From assembly GCA_040514195.1 (NCBI GenBank), contig JBEVDC010000068.1:1-40705 (forward strand): 40,705 nt of DNA, written 5' to 3'. Origin of the DNA: Candidatus Limnocylindrales bacterium (GTDB lineage Bacteria > Chloroflexota > Limnocylindria > Limnocylindrales > CSP1-4). Of the stretch, positions 15,985-25,627 are shown one piece after another. A model generated the notes under the pieces. It saw nothing but the letters and a program-made list of their open reading frames with translations. It had not been told where the DNA came from and did not search any database. The position numbers were made by a program, and so were the translations under genes. The stretch's first letter is position 1, and each line of letters begins with the position of its first letter.

Positions 15985-16851
15985 TCACGACCCGGACGCC
16001 TCCCAGGCGATCTCCGTGGCCGCGAAGACGGGACCTTCACGGCAGACACGGACCGGTCCAGACACGCCGTGAACGACGCAGCCAAGGCACGCGCCAACGG
16101 CACAGCCCATGTTCTGCTCCATGGACACCTGCAGCCATGCCTTGCGACGGGCGGCGGACGTTCCGAGGGCGGCCGATGCGCGGGCTGACCGCCCGCCCTT
16201 GCGCCCGAGCCGAGCGACGCCCAGCCGGGCATCTCGGCCCTGGGCCAGCCGAGCCAGCGCCGCCAGCATGGGTTCCGGACCGCAGGCGAAGGCCTGGTCG
16301 GCGAGTGTCTCGTAATCGGGCACCAGGTCGGTCACGTAGCCGTGATGCCCGAGCGAGCCGTCGTCGGTCGCGACCACATACTCGACCTCGGTCGGCAGCA
16401 GCGAGCTGGGGTAGACCTCGGCGGCCCCGGCGGCGCCGAAGAGGAGGGTCACGCGCCGGCCGGCGGCCAAGGACTCGTCGGCCATGGCGCGCACGCCGGC
16501 CATGCCCAGACCGCCGGCCACGAGCAGGACATGGTGGGAGCGAGGATCGACCTCGAACGGTCGGCCGAGAGGGCCGAGGATCTCGAGCCGCTCACCGGGT
16601 CGAGCCCGCGCCAGCCAGTCGGTCCCGCGGCCTGTGATCCGGAAATGGATGGTGAAGGTGCCCGCCAGCGCGTCGACGGTGTTGACGCTGAACGGCCGGC
16701 GCAGGACGAGCCCGGAATAGTCTGGGGTCCGCAGATGGACGAACTGTCCGGCCCGCGACCCGCTGGCCAACCACGGGGCGTGGTAGGTCTGCAGGAACTG
16801 TGAGGGCAGGATCTGGCGGGACTCGAGCAACTCCGCATCGAGGAGGCGCAT
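15985..16851 (-). CDS. pyrK: dihydroorotate dehydrogenase electron-transfer subunit (FAD, 2Fe-2S)
   Basis: AGQFVHLR, RRPFSV, LLVAGGLGMAG and the C-terminal cluster motif MGCAVGACLGCV...VCREGPVF. The start is taken at ATG 16851 (MRLLDAELL); an alternative lies at 16914. Confidence 0.85.
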   Translation of the reverse strand: MRLLDAELLESRQILPSQFLQTYHAPWLASGSRAGQFVHLRTPDYSGLVLRRPFSVNTVDALAGTFTIHFRITGRGTDWLARARPGERLEILGPLGRPFEVDPRSHHVLLVAGGLGMAGVRAMADESLAAGRRVTLLFGAAGAAEVYPSSLLPTEVEYVVATDDGSLGHHGYVTDLVPDYETLADQAFACGPEPMLAALARLAQGRDARLGVARLGRKGGRSARASAALGTSAARRKAWLQVSMEQNMGCAVGACLGCVVHGVSGPVRVCREGPVFAATEIAWEASGS

Positions 16852-16949
16852 GCGCTCGGCGGGCAGCACGCCCGTAGGGCCGGGCCCTCCGATTCGCCTG
16901 GCGGCTGCTCCCACGGTCGACGTGCGGGTGGGACGGACCGGTTGCGTGG

Positions 16950-17816
16950 TCAGGCTGGCGACGCGCCGTCGCCCGCGCCGTCGCCTGCGCCGTCGACGCC
17001 GAGCTCCGGCGCGACGTTCGGATAGGCCTCGGCGATCGATTCGGCCAGGTCACCGAAAACGTCGGTCGGATCGTAGAACTGGACGATGTCCTCAGGCTCC
17101 TCGAGCTGCCGCCAGCGATCCGGGTCCTCCTCCGGGACGACCTCGCCGTGGAAGTGGCCGTCCGACTGGAGGGTGAGCCGTTCGTCGTCGTCATCGACGA
17201 TGGTCAGGCCGCCGACGAGGCCCGCGAGGCCCTCCGCGGCGACCTCGAAGTCGGCCAGCAGGTTGGCCTCGGTCGTCTGGCTCCGCTCCTGGAAGGTCAG
17301 GGCGAGGTCGTAGAGGCGCGCGGCGGCCTCCTCGGCGTTGTCCGGCAGTGCCCTCCCAGCGCCGGCCACCCAATCGGCAGCCGCGTCGGCATACGGGTCG
17401 CCGCCGCGCTCGTCGGGCGCGATGCCGGCCACCGCCATGAGCTCGTCCGAGCCCGACGGCTTAGGCGGCAGCCCGGCGGCTTCGCGGGCGGCCTCGGCGA
17501 AGGCGGCGAAGACCTCGGCCGGGTTGTAGAGCTCGACGAGCTCAGCGGCCGACTCGATGACCTCCGTCTCGGAACGCCACTCGCCCGTTGCCTCGTCCTG
17601 GAATCGGGTCCGGCTTCGGAATGAGCCGTCGGGGGCGACGGACAAGTAGTCGGGTTCCTCGTCGATGAGCACCAACCCCCCGACCTCGGCGATGGCGGAC
17701 GCATTGGCCTTCAGGAACGCGTCCAGCTGACCGGCGGCGTCGATGAGGAACGTCGTCCGTTCGATCGCCGCCTGGCTGGCGATCTCGCCCAGGAGCGAGT
17801 TGGCTTGGCCGGTCAT
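16950..17816 (-). CDS. acidic cytoplasmic protein of unknown function, internally duplicated
   Basis: ATG at 17816 with AGGAG 9 nt upstream; high GC3. The two ~110-aa halves align (GGLVLIDEEPDYLSVAPDGSF...VELYNPAEVFAAFAEAAREA versus GGLTIVDDDDERLTLQSDGHF...VQFYDPTDVFGDLAESIAEA). There are no helices and I recognise no motif. Confidence 0.7.
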   Translation of the reverse strand: MTGQANSLLGEIASQAAIERTTFLIDAAGQLDAFLKANASAIAEVGGLVLIDEEPDYLSVAPDGSFRSRTRFQDEATGEWRSETEVIESAAELVELYNPAEVFAAFAEAAREAAGLPPKPSGSDELMAVAGIAPDERGGDPYADAAADWVAGAGRALPDNAEEAAARLYDLALTFQERSQTTEANLLADFEVAAEGLAGLVGGLTIVDDDDERLTLQSDGHFHGEVVPEEDPDRWRQLEEPEDIVQFYDPTDVFGDLAESIAEAYPNVAPELGVDGAGDGAGDGASPA

Positions 17817-17828
17817 GTCACAAGACTC

Positions 17829-18155
17829 CTACGGGTGGTACTCGAGGTCGGAGCCCATGCGCTCGCGCAGGAACATGGAGTGGTGCCGCGCGAACATCCA
17901 CTCGCCCGCGCGGTGGCCGACAGCGCGGATGCGGTCGTCCGATTCGAGCTTGTCGATGGTCGCGTAGTCGGGCAGCTCGTAGAGCATCACGTTGTCGAAG
18001 TCCCAGCCATAGGCCACGTTGTACCAGCCCAGGAACTTGATGCCGAACCTGGCTTCCTCCGCGCGAACCTGGCGAGGGAAGATCTCGCGCATGAAGAACT
18101 TGAAGAACGCGTCGCGGCCGCGCCGGACGGAGAAGAAGGTGGCGAGGACGGGCAC
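17829..18155 (-). CDS. small alpha+beta (NIPSNAP/GYD-like?) protein of unknown function
   Basis: GTG at 18155 with GAGGAAG 9 nt upstream; high GC3. FLGWYNVAYGWDFDNVMLYELPDYATIDKL resembles dimeric alpha/beta-barrel families. This is a weak assignment from memory. Confidence 0.6.
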   Translation of the reverse strand: MPVLATFFSVRRGRDAFFKFFMREIFPRQVRAEEARFGIKFLGWYNVAYGWDFDNVMLYELPDYATIDKLESDDRIRAVGHRAGEWMFARHHSMFLRERMGSDLEYHP

Positions 18156-18194
18156 GGTCGCTGACTTCCTCGGCTGTCGTGGGGATCGGCGCGA

Positions 18195-18746
18195 CTATTG
18201 TCGCATGGTGGGCTCGCCGGCTTCGGCGTCGCCGGTCGCGCTGTCCGGTTCCACCGCGGTCAGATCGCCGACCGTCGGCCGTGCGCCCGCACGCAACGGT
18301 CGGCGTCGCGAGCGCCGATCGGCAGCCACCAGGCGGAGCAGGAAGATGACGGTCTGTCCGACGAACAGCAGCAGGACAAGGGTCAGGATGAGCATCGTGG
18401 TCGTCAGCCAGGCGGGCCAGCCGTTGACGACGCCCAGCGGCGTGAGCACGAAGAGCACGAGGAAGCCCACGAGCTGGATCCAGAAGCAGCCGAGTCCCGG
18501 TCCCCGGGCCGCGTCGAGCGGTTCGCCCTTGTAGTCGGGTCGCGCTGGATCGCTCGCGGTCGCACCCTCGCCGCCAGGCGGGGCATCGTCAGGACCAGGC
18601 GAAGGCTGCTCCCCGTCGGGCGGAGCGTGATTCGCTTCGGGCGATGCCCGGTCCCCGTCGGGCGGAGCGTGCTTCGCTTCGGGCGATGCCCGGTCCCCGT
18701 CGGGCGATGCCCGGTCCCCGTCGAGCGACGCCTGCTCCTCGGTCAC
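18195..18746 (-). CDS. small membrane protein with repeat-containing N-terminal tail, translationally coupled to pyrC
   Basis: GTG at 18746 overlaps the pyrC stop (GTGA). The N-terminal tail carries DGDRASP / PEA(K/N)HAPP repeats. Three helices follow (LGCFWIQLVGFLVLFVLTPLGVV, WLTTTMLILTLVLLLFVGQTVIFLL). The long ORF to 19289 is rejected because it overlaps pyrC. Confidence 0.65.
   Translation of the reverse strand: MTEEQASLDGDRASPDGDRASPEAKHAPPDGDRASPEANHAPPDGEQPSPGPDDAPPGGEGATASDPARPDYKGEPLDAARGPGLGCFWIQLVGFLVLFVLTPLGVVNGWPAWLTTTMLILTLVLLLFVGQTVIFLLRLVAADRRSRRRPLRAGARPTVGDLTAVEPDSATGDAEAGEPTMRQ
18611..18725. repeat. in-frame tandem repeat, 2 x 42 bp plus 21-bp partial copies
   Basis: 18611-18652 and 18653-18694 differ at one base (a/c). 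18695-18715 repeats the flanks of the unit, and 18716-18725 starts another copy. Confidence 0.9.
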
Positions 18747-20171
18747 GATGGGCGCTCGTCGGCCCAGGCAAGGCGACCAGCCGCCACGGTCATCAGCACG
18801 CGCCCCGGCAGCTCGCGTCCGAGCAGGGGGGTGTTCCGGCCGAGCGACCGGAGCGAGGACGGCTCCACCCGCCACGGCTGCGAGCGATCGACGAGCACGA
18901 GGTCCGCGAGGGCGCCGACCATGAGCCCCGTCTCCCCAGGCACGGGCCCCGAGCCGGCCCCATCGAGCACCCGAGTGGGCCCGACCGTCAGCGCGCGGAC
19001 CACGGTCAACACGTCGAGCACGCCAGCCTCGACCGCCGCCAGGAGCTGGCCGAGCGCGGTCTCGAGGCCGCTGATCCCGTTGGCCGCGTCGCCGTACTCG
19101 ACGTCCTTGGCCACCGCCGTGTGCGGCGCGTGGTCGGTGGCGATGGCGTCGATGGTGCCGTCGCGCAGCCCGGCGGCCAGCGCGGCCGCGTCCGCTGGCG
19201 TCCGGAGTGGCGGGTTGACGCGCGTGGCCGTGTCGTAGGGCAGCGCCTCGGGCGAGCCGCCTGCCCACGGCTCGTCGATCGCCTGCCACGCCCAGCGCCG
19301 ATCCCCCGCTACCCAGCCGTCGTGCAGGGCGAGGTGATGCGGCGTCACGTCGCAGCTGACCGCCAGTCCGGTCGCCTTGGCCGCGCGCACGAGGTCTACG
19401 GCGGCGCCGGTGGAGAGGTGCGTCACGTGCAGCCGCGGCGGCGCGTCGCTCGGGGCGCCTTCTGCCACCTCCTCGAGGACGGCGATGGCGCGCGCCACCG
19501 CGGAGACCTCGGCCGCCGCCGGCCAGCCACGCAGGCCGAGGATGGTAGCCGTCACCCCGTCGTGCATCTCGGCACCGTCAGTCAGCGCCCGGTCTTCCGC
19601 ATGCTCGACGATCGGGAGCCCGAGTCCTCCCGCGTAGGCCAGCGCGTTGCGAAGCAGTGCCGCGTCGCTGACCGGTGCACCATCATCGGTGAACCCGATC
19701 GCTCCGGCGGCGGCGAGTTCCGCCATCGGCGCCAGCGAGGCGCCCGCCCGGCCTGCCGTCGTCGCCGCCAGGACCTCCACGCGGACCGGCTGCCCGCTCG
19801 ATGCTGCCGTCGCCAGCAGCTGTCCGACGGCCGCCGCCGTGTCGATGGCCGGCCGCGTATTGGGCATCAGACAGATCCGGGTGAAACCGCCATGGGCGGC
19901 TGCTGTCATGGCCGTGGCGACGGTCTCGGCATCCTCATCACCTGGTTCGCGTGCGTGGACGTGGAGGTCCGTCAGACCGGGTAGGACGAGTGTCGTCGGG
20001 GGGGCGTCGGCATCGTCGGCGAGCCACTCGAGGGCGGAGATCCGCCCGTCCTCGACTCGTACGTCCGCGGCGCCCTCGCGACCCGCCACGGGATCGACCA
20101 GCCAGACTCGCTCCAGGTCGAGCCGCTCGACCACCTCACCGATGCCCGACGTGTTGCCGCTCGCCAGGGCC

Positions 20172-20179
<8 letters not shown>
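18743..20179 (-). CDS. pyrC: dihydroorotase
   Basis: LPGLTDLHVHAREPG, FTDDG, DVTPHHL, ATDHAPH. The start is taken at ATG 20179 (MAEALAS), an 8-nt overlap with the pyrB stop; the ORF is open to 20278. Confidence 0.9.
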
Positions 20180-21878
<1,699 letters not shown>

Positions 21879-21898
21879 GCGACCGGCACACGGTGCGG

Positions 21899-23851
21899 TC
21901 AGGAGGCGGGCACGGCCTCCAGCGAGTCCACCCGTCGCAGCTTGACCGAGCCCTGGCCGCGCTCGCCCCAGGCTGAGACCCACAGCTCGCCCTCGCCATC
22001 AGCGAGTGGGGCGACCCAGGCCACGCGCTGGTCGCCGAGACCGAACGATCGACCTGCCCGGACTCGATCGACGAGCGAGACGCCGGTCGGCGCATCGCCG
22101 CTCGGGGCCGATCGGACGATCAAGGAGCCACGCGTCTTGGAGCCAGGTTCGGCCGTCCAGACCGCGTAGGCGCGGCCGTCGGCCGACCAGCGCACGACCC
22201 AGTCGCGCGTTCGGCCGCTCACGGCCCGCGGTCGTTCGAGGATGAATGGCGGGATGGTCGCTTTCGGCGCGACCGTGGCGCCCGGCGCGTCAGTCGGCTC
22301 GGAGGCGACATCCGCAGGCGGCGCGTCCACGTCGCCCGGAGGCACGGCTGGCGTCGAGCCATCGGTGGCGGGATCGGCCACCGGAGCAGCCTCGCCCGTG
22401 TCGTTGGTCGCGGGCAAGGACGGGTCGCCGCCCTGCGGGGGCTCGGACGGGGCGTCCGTCGCCGTCGTCGAAGCGTCCGGCGAACGCTCTGTCGTCTCCC
22501 GAGCCCAGGGATCGAGGCTCGTCCAGTCGGCGACGTAGAGACGGCCGTCGTCAGGGGTGGCGACCCCGCCACGGTCGGCCAGGCGACCGCGCCAGTAGAT
22601 GACGAAGCGGCCGGTCGGATCGACGCTCGGCAGCCAGGCGCGCTCGAGGTCGATGGCCCGAGTCTCGCCGGATCCCGGGTCGACGACCAGGGTTTGGGCC
22701 ACGAGGTCGCCACTGCCTGACGTCTCCGCTTCGGTCCGGCTGACCACGATGCGGTCGCCGGACCACGAGGCGAAGAGCGTGCCATGGTCGTCGGTGATGG
22801 GATGCGCCTGTTCGTCTCCCGGCCGCCAGACATAGACGTCCGAGCCATGCGATCGATCGGCCGGGATGGCGCTGAAGGCGAGCGTCGAGCCGTCCGGCGA
22901 CCAGGCCGCCGCGGCGCCGGAGGCGACGACGTTCGTGAGGATCGCCTGGCTGGATGCGACGGCGGTCGTAGGGCTTGGGGGTGGCGAGATGGAGGGCACC
23001 GCAGCGGGGTCGGTCGTCCCATCCGCAGTTGCGCTGGGCAGGACATCCGGTCCATCAGTCGGCTCGGCCGTGGGCGGGTCGGCCTGGCCGACGTCGGGGT
23101 TGCGCGTCTCGATCGGCTTGGCCGAAGCGTCGGCAGGCGCAACGGACTCGTCCGGTGCCGTGCTTGGCGTACCGGCCGCGGCGGCGCCCTTCGGCCCCTG
23201 GGCCGGCACGGTGACGATGGCGAAGACCTCCTCGCCGAGGTCGTCGTGACCCGCGATGAACAGCTGGCCGGTGCGGTTCATGGCCACCGCATGCGCGTTG
23301 ACGCTCGAGCCAAGCCGGACGACCGCTTCCCCGTCCGGCCCGTCCGCACAGTCTAGGCGAGGCACGGGACAGACCTCCCTGACGTCGGCGCGATAGAACG
23401 TCAGCTCCCCGTCCGCGACGCCCACGTAGTTGACGGGTTGGGCAGGGATGGCGAAGGGCGTGGCCGTGGCCAGGCCGGTCGGCGCGTCGGGCATCAACTG
23501 TCCGCCCGTGATGGCCAGGATGATCGTCGCCGTGACGAACGAGCCGATGGCGACGCGGAGCTGCCGGTGGCCGCGGATGCCGCCGATGCCCGGGCCGAGC
23601 AGGGCGTCTGCATCGTCCGCGATCTCGCGATCGAGGGCGGCACTGGTCCGTGCCCACAAGTCGCGCGGCGGCTCCGGGGCCTGGATCGCACGCATCCGCT
23701 CGCGATCGACCTCGTAGTCGTGGGCCACCGAGCGACAGGCCGGGCAGCCGCCCAGGTGCACCTCGAGCGAAGCGGCGTCACCGGCTTCGAGTGGCCCATC
23801 CAGCCGCTCCGCCAGCAACCTCCGGAACGGCTCGTGGAGATCGTCGCTCAA
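21899..23851 (-). CDS. anti-sigma factor (zf-HC2 type) with single helix and large extracytoplasmic Pro-rich / TolB-like beta-propeller region
   Basis: The TTG start at 23851 overlaps the sigma gene stop (TTGA). The N-terminal part HLGGCPACRSVAHDY carries the zinc anti-sigma motif. A helix follows (VAIGSFVTATIILAITGG). Repeated WSPDGSTLAF / RWSADGRAYAVW type blades appear further on. Confidence 0.75.
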   Translation of the reverse strand: MSDDLHEPFRRLLAERLDGPLEAGDAASLEVHLGGCPACRSVAHDYEVDRERMRAIQAPEPPRDLWARTSAALDREIADDADALLGPGIGGIRGHRQLRVAIGSFVTATIILAITGGQLMPDAPTGLATATPFAIPAQPVNYVGVADGELTFYRADVREVCPVPRLDCADGPDGEAVVRLGSSVNAHAVAMNRTGQLFIAGHDDLGEEVFAIVTVPAQGPKGAAAAGTPSTAPDESVAPADASAKPIETRNPDVGQADPPTAEPTDGPDVLPSATADGTTDPAAVPSISPPPSPTTAVASSQAILTNVVASGAAAAWSPDGSTLAFSAIPADRSHGSDVYVWRPGDEQAHPITDDHGTLFASWSGDRIVVSRTEAETSGSGDLVAQTLVVDPGSGETRAIDLERAWLPSVDPTGRFVIYWRGRLADRGGVATPDDGRLYVADWTSLDPWARETTERSPDASTTATDAPSEPPQGGDPSLPATNDTGEAAPVADPATDGSTPAVPPGDVDAPPADVASEPTDAPGATVAPKATIPPFILERPRAVSGRTRDWVVRWSADGRAYAVWTAEPGSKTRGSLIVRSAPSGDAPTGVSLVDRVRAGRSFGLGDQRVAWVAPLADGEGELWVSAWGERGQGSVKLRRVDSLEAVPAS

Positions 23852-24420
23852 CGCTCGTCCTCGCCGCGCTCGCTTGGCTGGCCAGACGCCTCGCGCTCGG
23901 TCGACCTGGCGCGCTCCAGGGCCAACGCCTGGCGCAGCGATTCCCGGGCGCGTGTCAGCAACGCGCGAGCGGCCACATGGGAGACGCCGAGGGCGGCGGC
24001 CAGCTCGACGCCGGTCAGATCGTGGACCTCGGCCATGATCAATGCGTTGCGCTGGCGCTCCGGGATGGCGTCCAGGGCCCGGTCCATCTCCGCGGACAGG
24101 CGCCCGTGCATGGCCGCGTCCTCGGCCGAGCGGTCCGAGCCGCGCGACTCACCCGTCCATGGGATGAAGCGAACGATCCGCCGCCGGCGGAGCTCGTCGA
24201 GGGCGGTCCGGCTGGCGATCTGATAGAGCCATGCCCTGGCGCGCGCCGGGTCCTCTAATGTCTCGTACGCGCGATACGCCTTGACGAAGGTCTCCTGGGC
24301 CAGGTCGGCTGCCAACTCGTCGTCGCGCAGCATGCGCGCCAGGTACGCGTAGATCTCGCCGGAGTGGAGCCGGAAGAGTTCCTCGACGACGGCTCGCGCG
24401 GTCGCGCGGTCGCGGGTCAC
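23848..24420 (-). CDS. ECF-family RNA polymerase sigma factor
   Basis: GTG at 24420 has GGAGG 9 nt upstream. Region 2 reads IYAYLARMLRDDELAADLAQETFVKAY. Region 4 reads IPERQRNALIMAEVHDLTGVELAAALGVSHVAARALLTRAR. The ORF extension to 24837 is rejected. Confidence 0.88.
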   Translation of the reverse strand: MTRDRATARAVVEELFRLHSGEIYAYLARMLRDDELAADLAQETFVKAYRAYETLEDPARARAWLYQIASRTALDELRRRRIVRFIPWTGESRGSDRSAEDAAMHGRLSAEMDRALDAIPERQRNALIMAEVHDLTGVELAAALGVSHVAARALLTRARESLRQALALERARSTEREASGQPSERGEDER

Positions 24421-24607
24421 AACCCGCCGCCTCCGCTGCGCGGCATTACGTATGTGCAATGGTCCTCCCGCTCGACCGCGGGCGTCCCCAGGCGCGGCAG
24501 GTCGATCGTTGGTGGGCGGCGCGGGTATGGCGCTCGTCTCCGGGTGGTCCTGTGACGGATCGCGACCACGGCCTGTGACGCGGCATGCCTTGCGGCCACG
24601 GTGCGCA

Positions 24608-25624
24608 TCATCGTCTCGGACCGTCCCAGTCGGCCGCGACGGCCCGGATGCCTGCCGCCGCCAGGAGCTCCTCGACCGCGGCTTCAGGGCTGATGGGATT
24701 GACCGGCAAGCCAGTTCCCAGCTCGAGGCCGCCGATCTCCCGGATGCGTGGATGGATCTCCCAATGCCAGTGATACGTCTCGTCCACCCGTTCGCGTAGC
24801 GGCGCCGTGTGCAGGACCAGGTTGTAGGCTGGCCCATCGAGGGCGTCGAGGAGGCGGAGCACCTTCTGGAGCGTTTCCGCGGCGCTCGTCAGCTGTGGGT
24901 CGGTGGCCTGCCCGAAGTCCGCTTCGTGGTGACGTGGCACGACCCAGATCTCGAACGCGGAGCGCGAGGCGAACGGCGCGAAGGCGACGCTCGCAGCATC
25001 CTCGAAGACGAGTCGGTCTCGCGACGCCACTTCGTCACGGACCAGGCGGCAGAACGCGCAGCTTCCCTCGCGGATGAGGTACCGCGCGGCCCCTCCGAGC
25101 TCCTCGCCGACGCGATGAGGGATCTGCGGCACATCGTAGGTGTCGAAGCACAGGTGGTTGGTGAAGGCGCCCGCCTGACGCCCGTGGTTCTCGACGACCT
25201 GGAAGTAGTCCGTCGTGCCGGCCTCACGTGCCTCGGCCAGGGCGTCACGGGCGACACGCAGCATGGCGCCGACGACGCCGGCGGGCGCATGGGCGAAGGG
25301 GCCGTGCTCCTGCGGAGGGGCGAGGATGGTGCCCCACGAGCCCGCGTCGGCGACCAGCCCGAGGCCCTGCTGCCGACCGGCGCCGGCCGGGGCCGCCTCG
25401 CGAGCCTCGCGCTCCGTGCCGGCGACCGAGAAGGCGTTGGGCTTGACGATCCAACGGCGCACTCCATCGCCTGGCGGATCGTCGCAATTCCGGCAGGCGC
25501 CGGCCTGCTGGAGGACGTCCGCCGGCCGGGCGAAGCGTGAGCGATCGTAGGTCCGGTCCACGACGACGGCGACCCACCAGCCCGTGATGGCATCGCGACG
25601 CAGTTCGAACATGCCGCCGGCCAT
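24608..25624 (-). CDS. galactose-1-phosphate uridylyltransferase-like (GalT/HIT superfamily) protein with non-canonical active site
   Basis: It is collinear with E. coli GalT as I recall it: RRDAITGWWV, CRNC (CxxC zinc site), VVENHGRQAGAFTNHLCFD (versus [19 protein letters not shown]), SCAFC, FEIWVVPRHH, YHWHWEIHPR (versus QHWQLHAHFYPP). Confidence 0.7.
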   Translation of the reverse strand: MAGGMFELRRDAITGWWVAVVVDRTYDRSRFARPADVLQQAGACRNCDDPPGDGVRRWIVKPNAFSVAGTEREAREAAPAGAGRQQGLGLVADAGSWGTILAPPQEHGPFAHAPAGVVGAMLRVARDALAEAREAGTTDYFQVVENHGRQAGAFTNHLCFDTYDVPQIPHRVGEELGGAARYLIREGSCAFCRLVRDEVASRDRLVFEDAASVAFAPFASRSAFEIWVVPRHHEADFGQATDPQLTSAAETLQKVLRLLDALDGPAYNLVLHTAPLRERVDETYHWHWEIHPRIREIGGLELGTGLPVNPISPEAAVEELLAAAGIRAVAADWDGPRR

Positions 25625-25627
25625 GGC

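Noticed and set aside
14895-16232. Long N-terminal extensions of the listed ORFs (pyrD to 16232, ctaE to 5687, pyrE to 15021, ECF sigma to 24837, the membrane protein to 19289, pyrC to 20278, ctaAB to 11388).
   Set aside because: The extensions overlap the preceding conserved gene and are Arg/Pro-rich. Internal starts give canonical N-termini, SD sequences or ATGA/GTGA coupling overlaps.
24444-24461. AT-rich imperfect palindrome CATTACGTATGTGCAATG upstream of the ECF sigma gene, considered as an ECF autoregulated promoter (the CGTAAT resembles an ECF -10) or an operator.
   Set aside because: No GGAAC/GAAAC-type -35 lies at the required 16-17 nt spacing (GGACC is only 10 nt away). No sigma-70 spacing works either. 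It may still be regulatory, but I cannot support a specific call.
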